The translations under genes were made by a program, and so were the position numbers. A DNA stretch of 64,000 nt from Comamonadaceae bacterium (GTDB lineage: Bacteria; Pseudomonadota; Gammaproteobacteria; Burkholderiales; Burkholderiaceae_C), in assembly GCA_947443645.1 (NCBI GenBank), contig CANEXF010000004.1, positions 18,642 to 82,641 of the forward strand, in the 5' to 3' direction. Of the stretch, positions 1 to 9,260 are shown one piece after another. The first letter of the stretch is position 1, and each line of letters starts with the position of its first letter. The notes beneath the pieces are model-generated. The model saw only the letters and a program-made list of their open reading frames with translations. It did not search any database and was not told the origin of the DNA.

Positions 1-843
1 GGCGATGTGTCAATCCCTGGCAGCGCCAGTACGCCGGCACGACCGGTCAAATTATCGGTACATCTGCATTCCTACGGCAAAAACCGCAAGCTGCTGCTAT
101 CGCGAGACATCACCGCCGTTGAACTTGCAGAAGCGATGCGTCGCGATTTCGTCGCCAACGTGTCGCACGAGATCCGCACGCCACTGACGGTTCTGTCGGG
201 TTTCATTGAAACCTTGCAGACACTGACACTCAAGGATGCCGACCGTGTGCGTTACCTGGCGTTGATGGCGCAACAGTCCCAGCGCATGCAAACCCTGGTC
301 AATGATTTACTGACGCTGTCACGCCTAGAAGGCAGTCCATTTCCCCACATCAGTGACTGGGCGACAACCAGCGCGCTGCTCGCGCAGTGCGAGCAGGAAG
401 CCAGGGCCTTGTCAGCATTGCTTGCGCCTCACGGTCAAAAAATTGAGTTCGAATCGGGGCCGGCCTGTGAAATAGCCGGTGTGCAGGCGGAGCTCTATAG
501 CGCGATGTCCAATCTGGTGAACAACGCGGTACGCTACACGCCCGAAGGCGGCAGCGTGCATGTCAGCTGGAGCCTGCTCGCTGACGGACATGGTCAGTTC
601 AAGGTCAGGGACAGCGGACCGGGCATTGCACCTGAGCACTTGCCGCGTCTGACAGAGCGTTTTTACCGGATTGACCGCAGCCGCTCACGTGAAACCGGCG
701 GAACCGGATTGGGTCTGGCGATTGTCAAGCACGTGGCCCAGCGCCACGGTGCGGAGTTGCTCATCGAAAGCCAGCCGGGGCAGGGCTCCTGCTTTTCTAT
801 TACTTTTCCAGCTGCCCGGGTCAGGCTGATTCAGGCGGCATGA
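1..843 (+). CDS. phoR: Phosphate regulon sensor histidine kinase PhoR, C-terminal part (gene starts upstream of window)
   Basis: The frame is open from base 1. The H-box FVANVSHEIRTPLTVLSGF and the HATPase_c region RLTERFYRIDRSRSRETGGTGLGLAIVKH closely resemble enterobacterial PhoR. Confidence 0.85.
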   Translation, partial: GDVSIPGSASTPARPVKLSVHLHSYGKNRKLLLSRDITAVELAEAMRRDFVANVSHEIRTPLTVLSGFIETLQTLTLKDADRVRYLALMAQQSQRMQTLVNDLLTLSRLEGSPFPHISDWATTSALLAQCEQEARALSALLAPHGQKIEFESGPACEIAGVQAELYSAMSNLVNNAVRYTPEGGSVHVSWSLLADGHGQFKVRDSGPGIAPEHLPRLTERFYRIDRSRSRETGGTGLGLAIVKHVAQRHGAELLIESQPGQGSCFSITFPAARVRLIQAA

Positions 844-2198
844 CTTGCCCTGGGCCTGTTGTTCTGGCTCTCGCGCACCACGTACCAGAGCAATCCGAGT
901 AGGCAGGCGGCGACCAGGCCAATGGCGACCGTGCTGGCGGCCCAGAAACTGGCGGCTGAATAAGTAGGCTCAACTTGTCCAATACCGGCATAGGTCAGCC
1001 GATAACCGCCATAAAGTCCCAGGCCCCACAGTAAAACGCCGTACAGCACCAGCGGTGTCAGGGTGATGCGGTAGCTGCGCAGCAAGAAGGCGCAAAGCGC
1101 CTGGATGGCGTCAGCCACATGGTAGAACGCCACCCAAACCAGCAAGGACGAGGCCAGCGCGATGATCTGCGGGTTGCCGGAGTACCATCCGGCCAGCATG
1201 TTTCCTGCTACTGAAACGATAGCTGCCAGCGCCATCGCCAAGAGGGCTGTAAGCCTAAAGCCCATGACGACGACGCGTCTGGCATGGTCCGGTCTGCCCG
1301 CTCCCAGCCAGAAAGAGACGCGGGCGCTGCAGGCAATGCCCATGGACAGCGGCATCATGTAAAGGACGGCTGCTACGCTGGCTGCGATCTGATGGCTTGC
1401 CGAGGCTACGGTACCCAGTCGCGCGATAAACAGCGCCAGCAAGGTGAAGGATGTGACCTCCACCAGATAGGCCAGTCCGCCCGGAATGCCCAGACGCGCG
1501 AAGTTGGCGATCTGCGACCAGTCTGGCCGCTCCATGGCTTGCCAGATATGAAATGGCCGGTACAGGGCTTGCGTGCGCAGCATCGCGATGGCCACGGCGA
1601 GCAGCAGGTAATTGACGACCAGTGTGGCCCAAGCGCAGCCAACCGCTCCCATGGGCTCGATGCCAGCGCCGCCCGCAACCAGCCATACGGACAGCGGAAT
1701 TTTGAGCATCAGCGCACCGACTTGCAGCCAGGTGACCAGCAGTGGTTTACCCAGGGCCTGGTTAAAGCTGCTGTAAATGCGAAACAGCAGCGAAGGCGCA
1801 AAGGCAAAAGCCAGCACGCTCAGGTAGTGCTGCACTTCACCGAGCATGCGCTCGGGAACCTGCGCCCAATGCAGCAGCGGCCCAGGAAACAGCAGGGCAG
1901 CCATGCCGGCAGCGGTGATGAAGCCGCACAGATAAAGGCTTTGGCGCAGTGAACGCCCGACCGCCTGGTGCTGGCGTGCGCCCAGCATCTCGGCCCAGAT
2001 GGGCAGCAGGGCCTGCACGATGCCTATGAGCCCGACATAGACACTGATGTAAAGCGCGGAGCCTACCGACAAGGCCGCCAGCGCTGCGTCGCTGTAGCGC
2101 CCGGCAATCATGGTGTCAGCCACGCCGAAGGCCATCACGGCGAGCTGCCCTACCAGCACGGTGCCCGCGTGCTGGCTGATGATCTTGAGCTCGCTCAC
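831..2198 (-). CDS. MATE family (MOP superfamily) efflux transporter
   Basis: 12-TM-type sequence with a MATE-like N-terminus (LVGQLAVMAFGVADTMIAGRYS). I place the start at GTG 2198-2196, which overlaps the upstream gene's TGA stop (GTGA). The 549-aa ORF in the track runs into that upstream gene. Confidence 0.8.
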   Translation of the reverse strand: MSELKIISQHAGTVLVGQLAVMAFGVADTMIAGRYSDAALAALSVGSALYISVYVGLIGIVQALLPIWAEMLGARQHQAVGRSLRQSLYLCGFITAAGMAALLFPGPLLHWAQVPERMLGEVQHYLSVLAFAFAPSLLFRIYSSFNQALGKPLLVTWLQVGALMLKIPLSVWLVAGGAGIEPMGAVGCAWATLVVNYLLLAVAIAMLRTQALYRPFHIWQAMERPDWSQIANFARLGIPGGLAYLVEVTSFTLLALFIARLGTVASASHQIAASVAAVLYMMPLSMGIACSARVSFWLGAGRPDHARRVVVMGFRLTALLAMALAAIVSVAGNMLAGWYSGNPQIIALASSLLVWVAFYHVADAIQALCAFLLRSYRITLTPLVLYGVLLWGLGLYGGYRLTYAGIGQVEPTYSAASFWAASTVAIGLVAACLLGLLWYVVRESQNNRPRASHAA

Positions 2199-4033
2199 CG
2201 TTGGCGTGCTGTACTGGCCGGCTGCGCGGTTTCCGACTGCCGGTCCAGGCTGACCCGTTTGTACATGAGCAGATTCTCGTTTTTGTCCGTCGGCCTGCGC
2301 ACCGTGGCCTGAAATGCCCAGTCTGGCAGTTTGACGGTATTGCTCAGACTTGACTGGGCATCTGCGTCCACGATGAGGAAAGGACAGACGGCGCTGTTGC
2401 CGGCCGGCCGCAATTGCAAACGGCCGTGGTATTGCAGTGCCGCAGCCTGCGCGCTGCTCAAGCCGTGGATTTCCACGCATGCGGCCCTGTCAACCAGCTT
2501 GGCAATCTGGCGTGACAGTGGCGCATAGCTGCGCGCGTAATCCAGCAGTGGCAGCCAGAGTGTCATTAGCAGCAGCCAGCACAACGTCGCACCGCCCGCA
2601 GGCAGAACCAGCGATTTCCAGACGGCGGCGCGATGCGCACCTGCGCGCCAGCGAACCAGCCAGGCCCAGGCCAGCGTGGCGCAGGCTGCGGCTAAAAAAG
2701 CGAACCATGAAAAACTGGGCTCAAAGCCAGGCGCCAGCTTGGCCACATTGGCTGCCGGCTGTTGCGGCACGCCCGTTTGCATGGCGATCCAGACGACCCA
2801 GATGATGAGCGCGCAGCTGGTGAAAAATAGCAGTGTGAACCAGTCAATCAGCGAAGCGACGCTGCGCTTGAGCGTGGGCAAGGCAAATGCGGCCAGCGTG
2901 GCAAGCGCAGGCAGACTCAGCAAAAGACTGCGATCAGCCGCTGCAGTGGTCAGCGTGGCGCCTATGGCCATTGCGGCAAACCAAAGCGGCAGGGCAACGT
3001 GACGGCTGGCCAGCTGTCTGCGCCAGCGCCAGAGCGTCCAGAGCGCCAGTGGCCATGCCGGCCAGGTGAACCAGAGCAATAAACGCCCCAGCTTTCGCCA
3101 GGCGTTCCAGTTGGTTTGACCGTCAGCGCCTGGCAATTCAATACGCCAGCGCCACAGGTCAAGCATGAAAGCCTGCAGGCAGACCAGCAGTGTGATGCTG
3201 ACAATCAACACCACCCAATGCCATGATTGCTGCCTACCCTCTGCATTGAGCTGGCCGGCTCTGGAGCCGCTGCCCCAGTGCATGTGTGTCCATTCGACCA
3301 GCGCGCCACCCAGACCGAACAGCAAGGCCAGCGTGGGCGCGCCGCTCAGCGCCAATCCCGACAGGCCAATCAACAAGCCTAAAGCGGGGCCGAGGATTTT
3401 TGTTGCACGGCGGTACGGGCTGGCCGCCATGGCGTAAAAGCTCAAGGCGCTAAAGCCCAGTTGTGCCAACGCCGGGGTCGTTTCATGCGACAGCTGTGCC
3501 AGGCCGAGACAGGCCATCAGCGCCAGCAATCCCGCATCGGCGATGGCGCGGGCATAGTCCACTGGTCTGGCTTCGCCGCCAAACGCGAAGGCCACAGGCT
3601 GGGCCTGAGGGCTGCGCGCCAGGTAGTAAATGGCGTACCAGGTGGCCAGCAGTGTCAGGACCAGCAGCATGACGTAGGGAATGCGCACGGCAACAGCCGG
3701 GTCCAGAAAGGGCAGGCATTTGATGGCGATCGCACCCAGCCAGTAGGGCATCAGTGCGTCAAAGCCGGTGACTTGTCCCAGCAGCTGTGGCGCAAACCAG
3801 TTCGCGGCGCTTGTGGCCAATTCGCGCATGACGCCAAAGGCCGCCATGTCTTCAGTTTTCCAGGGTGCCCGACCAAAGAAGCCGGGCAGCACATAAGCCA
3901 CACAGAACAGCAGCAGCGCAAGCCGCGGTAATCGGCGGACTGCGGACTGGGCAATGATGGCGGGGGAGGGCTTGTTCAAAACTGCTGGGATCGTAATAAA
4001 AATTGACTTCGAGCCTGGTCGCGGCGCGGGCAT
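2195..4033 (-). CDS. Large polytopic membrane protein, divergent ArnT/PMT-like (GT-C fold) glycosyltransferase candidate
   Basis: 612-aa ORF with many predicted TM helices. The N-terminal segment WKTEDMAAFGVMRELA...PYWLGA resembles the DExRYAE..REM / PPL region of ArnT-type enzymes. That it codes for protein is solid; the function is tentative. Confidence 0.6.
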   Translation of the reverse strand: MPAPRPGSKSIFITIPAVLNKPSPAIIAQSAVRRLPRLALLLFCVAYVLPGFFGRAPWKTEDMAAFGVMRELATSAANWFAPQLLGQVTGFDALMPYWLGAIAIKCLPFLDPAVAVRIPYVMLLVLTLLATWYAIYYLARSPQAQPVAFAFGGEARPVDYARAIADAGLLALMACLGLAQLSHETTPALAQLGFSALSFYAMAASPYRRATKILGPALGLLIGLSGLALSGAPTLALLFGLGGALVEWTHMHWGSGSRAGQLNAEGRQQSWHWVVLIVSITLLVCLQAFMLDLWRWRIELPGADGQTNWNAWRKLGRLLLWFTWPAWPLALWTLWRWRRQLASRHVALPLWFAAMAIGATLTTAAADRSLLLSLPALATLAAFALPTLKRSVASLIDWFTLLFFTSCALIIWVVWIAMQTGVPQQPAANVAKLAPGFEPSFSWFAFLAAACATLAWAWLVRWRAGAHRAAVWKSLVLPAGGATLCWLLLMTLWLPLLDYARSYAPLSRQIAKLVDRAACVEIHGLSSAQAAALQYHGRLQLRPAGNSAVCPFLIVDADAQSSLSNTVKLPDWAFQATVRRPTDKNENLLMYKRVSLDRQSETAQPASTARQR

Positions 4034-4070
4034 GACATTTTTGCCACGACAGCGCTACCTTAGCTTATTT

Positions 4071-4110
4071 GGACGAAAAAAAAGCAGCCTGAAGTTCAGG
4101 CTGCTTTTTT
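4071..4110. terminator. Bidirectional intrinsic terminator downstream of rpmE2
   Basis: 9-bp stem gcagcctga/tcaggctgc (4084-4104) flanked by an A-run on one side and a T-run on the other. Confidence 0.8.
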
Positions 4111-4149
4111 GCCGACAAGCAAACGCTTTGTGGCGGCTTGTCGTGCAGC

Positions 4150-4443
4150 TTAGCTCGCTGCTGCGGCTTCAGCTTCAGGTGCTGCTTCTTTGGCAGCTGT
4201 TTTGCCAAAGCGGTTGCGGAATTTCTCAACGCGACCACCCATGTTGTCCACAGATTTCTGTGTACCGGTGTAGAAGGGGTGCGATTCGCTGGACGTATCC
4301 AGTTTGTACAGTGGCAACTCGCGACCGTCATCCATCTTCACCATTTCTTTGGTGTTCACGCATGAGCGTGTGACGAATTTGAAGTTGTTGGACAAGTCCA
4401 TAAAACAAACTTCGCGGTAGTTGGGGTGAATGCCTTCTTTCAT
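4150..4443 (-). CDS. rpmE2: 50S ribosomal protein L31 type B
   Basis: [12 protein letters not shown]...HPFYTG signature with no CxxC zinc motif, which is the type B form. Confidence 0.9.
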   Translation of the reverse strand: MKEGIHPNYREVCFMDLSNNFKFVTRSCVNTKEMVKMDDGRELPLYKLDTSSESHPFYTGTQKSVDNMGGRVEKFRNRFGKTAAKEAAPEAEAAAAS

Positions 4444-4565
4444 AATCTTTCCTTATTCGTTTCGGGAGCCACTCAAAACCATTTCGAGCACTTTCCGTGA
4501 AGCCAATTATTATCGCACGAAAATGAGAGCTTGTGAGGTATTGAACCAGCCGGGGCCGCGGATCT

Positions 4566-4642
4566 GGCTTTGCCAGTCCGCAGGCGCAGCGGCCCCTTCG
4601 GGGGGCAGGAAGCTACACGAAGTGAGCGACCGTGGGGGCCAG
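4566..4642. repeat. GC-rich composite REP-like element (hairpin module L plus one R unit) abutting the rho stop codon
   Basis: ggctttgccagtccgcaggcgcagcggccccttcggggggcagg...cgtgggggccag is related to copies at 38480-38640 and 40677-40985. Confidence 0.85.
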
Positions 4643-5905
4643 TTAGCCACCCCTTCGCATCATGTCAAAGAACTCGTGGTTGTTCTTGGTGGCTTTCATG
4701 TTCTTGAGCATCAGCTCCATGGACTCGATTTCGTCCATGTTGTACATGAATTGACGCAGGATGCGTGACTTCTGCAGGATTTCCGGCGCCAGCAGCAACT
4801 CTTCCTTGCGGGTGCCACTGCGGTTCAGGTGAATCGCCGGGAACACGCGTTTTTCATACAGGCGGCGGTCCAGGTGGATTTCGCAATTGCCGGTGCCCTT
4901 GAACTCTTCAAAGATCACTTCGTCCATGCGGCTGCCGGTATCCACCAGGGCCGTGCCTATGATGGTCAGGCTGCCGCCTTCTTCAATCTTGCGCGCCGCG
5001 CCAAAGAATCGTTTTGGGCGCTGCAGTGCGTTGGCATCGACGCCGCCGGTCAACACTTTGCCCGATGAAGGCAAGACGTTGTTGTAGGCGCGGGCCAGAC
5101 GGGTAATCGAGTCCAGCAAAATCACCACGTCCTTGCCGAGTTCGACCAGGCGCTTGGCGCGCTCGATCACCATTTCGGCGACGTGCACGTGGCGGGCTGC
5201 GGGCTCGTCAAAGGTTGACGAAATCACTTCGCCGCGCACGCTGCGCTGCATTTCGGTCACTTCTTCAGGGCGCTCATCGACCAGCAGAACCATCATGACG
5301 ACTTCAGGATAGTTGGCGGTTATCGCGTGCGCAATGTGCTGCATCATCACGGTCTTGCCGGACTTGGGCGGTGCGACCAGCAGGGCGCGTTGGCCTTTGC
5401 CTATGGGCGCGATGATGTCAATGATGCGGCTGGTCAGGTTTTCTTCGCCCTTGATGTCGCGCTCGAGCTTGAACTGCTCGCGCGGGAACAGCGGCGTCAG
5501 ATTCTCGAACATCACCTTGTGCTTGTTGGCTTCTGGCGCACCGTCATTGACCTTGTCGAGCTTGTTCAGCGCGAAGTAGCGCTCGCCATCCTTGGGTGTG
5601 CGCACTTCGCCTTCAATCATGTCGCCGGTGTGCAGATTGAAGCGTCGGATCTGGCTCGGGCTGATGTAGATGTCGTCGGTGCTGGCGGTGTAGCTGGAGT
5701 CCGGGGCGCGCAGAAAGCCGAAACCGTCAGGCAAAACTTCCAGTACACCGTCAGCGACTATGGTTTCGCCGGTTTTGGAGCGCTTTTTGATGATGGCAAA
5801 CATCAGCTCCTGCTTGCGCATGCGACCGGTGTTTTCAATCTCGAGTTCTTCGGCCTGCTTGAGGACTTCAGACACGTGCAGTGCCTTGAGTTCGTTTAAG
5901 TGCAT
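4643..5905 (-). CDS. rho: Transcription termination factor Rho
   Basis: 420 aa with an N-terminal RNA-binding domain, Walker A PPKSGKT and a conserved C-terminus. Confidence 0.97.
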   Translation of the reverse strand: MHLNELKALHVSEVLKQAEELEIENTGRMRKQELMFAIIKKRSKTGETIVADGVLEVLPDGFGFLRAPDSSYTASTDDIYISPSQIRRFNLHTGDMIEGEVRTPKDGERYFALNKLDKVNDGAPEANKHKVMFENLTPLFPREQFKLERDIKGEENLTSRIIDIIAPIGKGQRALLVAPPKSGKTVMMQHIAHAITANYPEVVMMVLLVDERPEEVTEMQRSVRGEVISSTFDEPAARHVHVAEMVIERAKRLVELGKDVVILLDSITRLARAYNNVLPSSGKVLTGGVDANALQRPKRFFGAARKIEEGGSLTIIGTALVDTGSRMDEVIFEEFKGTGNCEIHLDRRLYEKRVFPAIHLNRSGTRKEELLLAPEILQKSRILRQFMYNMDEIESMELMLKNMKATKNNHEFFDMMRRGG

Positions 5906-6229
5906 GGATGTACCTGCTTTGATTGCGTGAAACGATGACTCCTTGCGGAGTTCATTTTGGAAGAAACGGGGGAGGTCTGAGTGGAAGCCACTGGGAGGCG
6001 GGAGGCTTCACAAAACCGGGATCTCGAACCAGCTGGCAATGACCGGCTGGTGAATGTTGCACATTATGACAGGAAAATCCGGGGCTTCAATCTGCCTTGA
6101 AAGCTGCCAGTTCTGAACCTGCTTTGCCCGGCCTGACCCTGAAAACCCCGGCATTGCGCCGTACGTTACAAGTGATGAACAAGTGAGCTGCGCTCCAGCG
6201 TTTGCCGGAGCCGCAGGTCGCAGCCAGCT

Positions 6230-6562
6230 TCAGACCAGTTGCTGGTCGATGAAAGCGGTGAGTTGGGCCTTGCTCATGGCGCCGACTTTGGTGGCTGCCA
6301 GTTCGCCGCCCTTGAAGATCATCAGGGTTGGAATGCCGCGTATGCCGAATTTGGCTGGAATGTCGCGGTTTTCATCGACATTCATTTTGGCGATCTGCAG
6401 TTTGCCTTCATAGCCGCTGGCAACTTCGTCAAGAATGGGGGCAATCATTTTGCACGGGCCACACCATTCTGCCCAGTAGTCCACCAGCACCGGTGTGGTC
6501 GATTTAAGGACATCGGCTTCAAACGTTGCATCGGTGGTGTGTTTAATCAATTCGCTGGCCAT
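6230..6562 (-). CDS. trxA: Thioredoxin
   Basis: 110 aa with the WCGPC active site. Confidence 0.95.
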   Translation of the reverse strand: MASELIKHTTDATFEADVLKSTTPVLVDYWAEWCGPCKMIAPILDEVASGYEGKLQIAKMNVDENRDIPAKFGIRGIPTLMIFKGGELAATKVGAMSKAQLTAFIDQQLV

Positions 6563-6626
6563 GAAGGCTCCTTTAGAAGGGGTTGCAGGATACGGCTAAA
6601 GTTGTGGGCATTGTGTCAGAAAGAAA

Positions 6627-9260
6627 GTGCCTTTGTCGGCGCCGCTATTCTTCACACCCACTATGCGCGTCATAGCCCAGCAGCCCGAGGCCGCCGAAAG
6701 CCGATTTTTGTCAACCACATCCACAAGCATATTTATAGATCACCCCAGCGATATGAGCTGGCGGGAGTTCATGGCCGGGCTCGATGGCCTGCTGCGGCAA
6801 AGCGCTGTTCATCCTTCGCGCGTGCTGGTGCTGGTGCCCTATGCGCAGCTGATGCAGCAGGCGCGCAGTGCCTGGTCTGCCCATGCCGCGCGCAGCGGGG
6901 CGCTGGCGTCTTTCGTGCCGCGCTTTGAAACCACCATGAACTGGGCCAGCAGCCTGGCCGCAGGCACGGGTGGCTTTGTGGCGTCTGAGCAAGACATCCA
7001 GCTCGATGCCGCAATTGATGTTCTGACCGCAGCCGCCTTGTTGGGTCGTGCTGGCCTGGCAGCGCAGCAAAATGCGCTGGCGGGGCGACTGATGGAAGCG
7101 GCCTGGTCGCTGGCGCGCGTGGCCGCAGCGCAGCCGCCAGAACGGCGCGCAGCCTGGGGCCTGGCGCTGAGCGAAGCGCTGGGCGTCGGGCTGGAGTCGC
7201 CGGTGCTGGCGCTTGAGTTGGCTTTGGCCCGCATTGCGCTGGCCTGGGCCGCTGCATCAAGCTACCCCACGGACGCCTTGTTTTCAGCCGAAGTTGAACT
7301 GCTGGTCGTGCTGCAGGGTTTTCAATCCGAGCCACTTGCCGAAGCGCTCAAAGCCCGCTTCGGTGAACGTGCGGTCACGCTTAGCCTGATCCCCGTAGAT
7401 CAGCCAGGCGCGCTGGCCTTGCACGCCGCACAAGATGCAGAAGATGAAGCGCACCGCGCCGCTGCCTGCGTGCTGGCGCACCTGAGTGAGGGCCGCAGCC
7501 CCGTCGCGCTGATCGCCCAGGACCGGGTCTTGACACGTCGCATTCGCAGCATGCTCAGCGAGCGCGGGCTGGCCTTGCGCGACGAAACCGGCTGGAAGCT
7601 TTCAACCACGCGTGCGGCGGCGACCTTGATGGGCCTTTTGCGCGCCATGCCCTGGGACGTGTCAAGCGACGACTTGCTGGACTGGCTAAAAAACGCGCCG
7701 GCCTTTGATGCCGCTGCCGTGACCGGTCTGGAAATTGAGTTGCGCAAAGCCGGCGTGCGCTTGTGGCGCGCCTGGTCTGCGCCTGCACCTGGGCGGGCCG
7801 AGCTGCAAGTGCTGCGAGACCTGGCAGCGCAGATTCAAACCCTGCGCGATGGCTTGCAGCAAACCCGTTCGCTGGTCGACTGGCTGCGTGACCTGCGTGG
7901 CGCGCTGCAGCACGCCGGCCAGTGGACGCCGCTGGTGGCCGACACCGCGGGCGCTGCTGTGATTGAGGCGCTGCGGCTTTACGAGGCCGCCGAGCCGGTG
8001 TTTCCGACGTCGGTACGCATGAGCTTGCGCGACTTCACCAGCTGGGTTAACCAGACGCTTGAAGCGGCCAGTTTTTCGCCCGTTCACCCGCCCGAGGCGC
8101 AAGTGGTGATTCTGCCTGTCAGTCAGCTGTTGGGCCGACCCATGCAGGCCGTGGTGATGCCCGGTTGCGATGAAATTCGCCTGGCCGCCTCGCCCGAGCC
8201 GCCCGGCATGTGGACGCCATCCCAGCGCGCGGCGCTGGGCCTGCCGTCGCGCCAGGAGTTGGCTCTTGCCGCGCGCAGCGCCTGGCAGCACGCCTTGGGC
8301 ATGCCGCACATGGATGTGCTTTGGCGCACCAGCGAAGCGGGCGAGCGCCTGATGCCCAGCGGTTTTGTGCAGGAAGTCCTGCTGGCGCAGGCCAGCGCCG
8401 GTGTGCTGGCGCTCAGTCCCGATCCGCGCAGCCAACGCAGTCTGCGCGTGCAGGCCACGCCGCGGCCGCTGCCCACCGGCCAGGCGCTGCCCGTCAAACG
8501 CCTTTCGGCCAGCGCTTACGAAGATCTGCGCCGTTGCCCCTACCGCTTTTTTGCGCTGCGCCAGCTCAAGTTGCAGGAGTCCGACGAGCTCGAAAGCGAG
8601 CTCGGAAAGCGCGACTTTGGCAACTGGCTTCACACCTTGCTGTGGCACTTTCATAAAGCACTAAAAGCCACGCCAACGCCCGATGGAAAGGTGCGGGTAG
8701 CTATGATTAACGTAGCAGCCGAGCAGGCCGCCAACGATCTGAGTCTGTCTGACAGTGAGTTCCTGCCATTTGCCGCGAGCTGGCCCCGCGTGCGTGACGG
8801 CTATCTGCAATGGCTGAGCGGGCACGAAGCTAGCGGCGCGCAGTTTGCCGAGGGCGAGGTCTGGAAAGACATGACATACGGCGACATCACACTGTTTGGA
8901 AAAGTTGACCGGATTGACCAGTTGCCAGACGGCGGCCGGCTCGTGATGGACTACAAAACCGAGGCGCGCAGCGTCACCCAAGAGCGCATCAAGGACGCCG
9001 AGGAAGACACGCAACTGGCGTTTTATGCGGCCTTGCTGGCCGACGATACGCTGGCTGCTGCCTATGTGAACCTGGGCGAGAAAGAGCCCACCCGTACCTA
9101 CGAGCAAGCCGACATTGTCGAGCTGCGCGATGAACTGATACACGGCATCCTGAGCGATATGACACGCATTGCCGAGGCCGCACCTTTGCCGGCGCTTGGC
9201 GAAGGCAAAGCCTGTGATTACTGCTCAGCACGCGGCCTGTGCCGCAAGGATTTCTGGTGA
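6627..9260 (+). CDS. addB: AddB-like PD-(D/E)XK nuclease subunit with Fe-S (iron staple) cysteines
   Basis: Nuclease motif GKVDRID...LVMDYKT. Cys pattern RRCPYRFF plus C-terminal CDYCSARGLC (C-x2-C-x5-C). No Walker A is visible. The start is uncertain: GTG 6627, ATG 6663 or ATG 6753. Confidence 0.7.
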   Translation: MPLSAPLFFTPTMRVIAQQPEAAESRFLSTTSTSIFIDHPSDMSWREFMAGLDGLLRQSAVHPSRVLVLVPYAQLMQQARSAWSAHAARSGALASFVPRFETTMNWASSLAAGTGGFVASEQDIQLDAAIDVLTAAALLGRAGLAAQQNALAGRLMEAAWSLARVAAAQPPERRAAWGLALSEALGVGLESPVLALELALARIALAWAAASSYPTDALFSAEVELLVVLQGFQSEPLAEALKARFGERAVTLSLIPVDQPGALALHAAQDAEDEAHRAAACVLAHLSEGRSPVALIAQDRVLTRRIRSMLSERGLALRDETGWKLSTTRAAATLMGLLRAMPWDVSSDDLLDWLKNAPAFDAAAVTGLEIELRKAGVRLWRAWSAPAPGRAELQVLRDLAAQIQTLRDGLQQTRSLVDWLRDLRGALQHAGQWTPLVADTAGAAVIEALRLYEAAEPVFPTSVRMSLRDFTSWVNQTLEAASFSPVHPPEAQVVILPVSQLLGRPMQAVVMPGCDEIRLAASPEPPGMWTPSQRAALGLPSRQELALAARSAWQHALGMPHMDVLWRTSEAGERLMPSGFVQEVLLAQASAGVLALSPDPRSQRSLRVQATPRPLPTGQALPVKRLSASAYEDLRRCPYRFFALRQLKLQESDELESELGKRDFGNWLHTLLWHFHKALKATPTPDGKVRVAMINVAAEQAANDLSLSDSEFLPFAASWPRVRDGYLQWLSGHEASGAQFAEGEVWKDMTYGDITLFGKVDRIDQLPDGGRLVMDYKTEARSVTQERIKDAEEDTQLAFYAALLADDTLAAAYVNLGEKEPTRTYEQADIVELRDELIHGILSDMTRIAEAAPLPALGEGKACDYCSARGLCRKDFW

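Noticed and set aside
1206-1232. A match to the AT-rich element pattern (GCGC-N5-GCTAT-N8-TAGCA, reverse strand) inside a TM helix of the MATE gene.
   Set aside because: Only the short anchor motifs match. The segment encodes an ordinary hydrophobic helix (ALAAIVSVAG) and is not AT-rich. I regard it as chance, and it is a caution about how specific the loose pattern is.
4444-4560. A possible Zur box upstream of rpmE2, since type B L31 paralogs are often zinc-regulated.
   Set aside because: The only AT-rich stretch (ccaattattatcg) is not palindromic and does not resemble the Zur consensus as I remember it. The gene sits in a housekeeping rho-trxA context.
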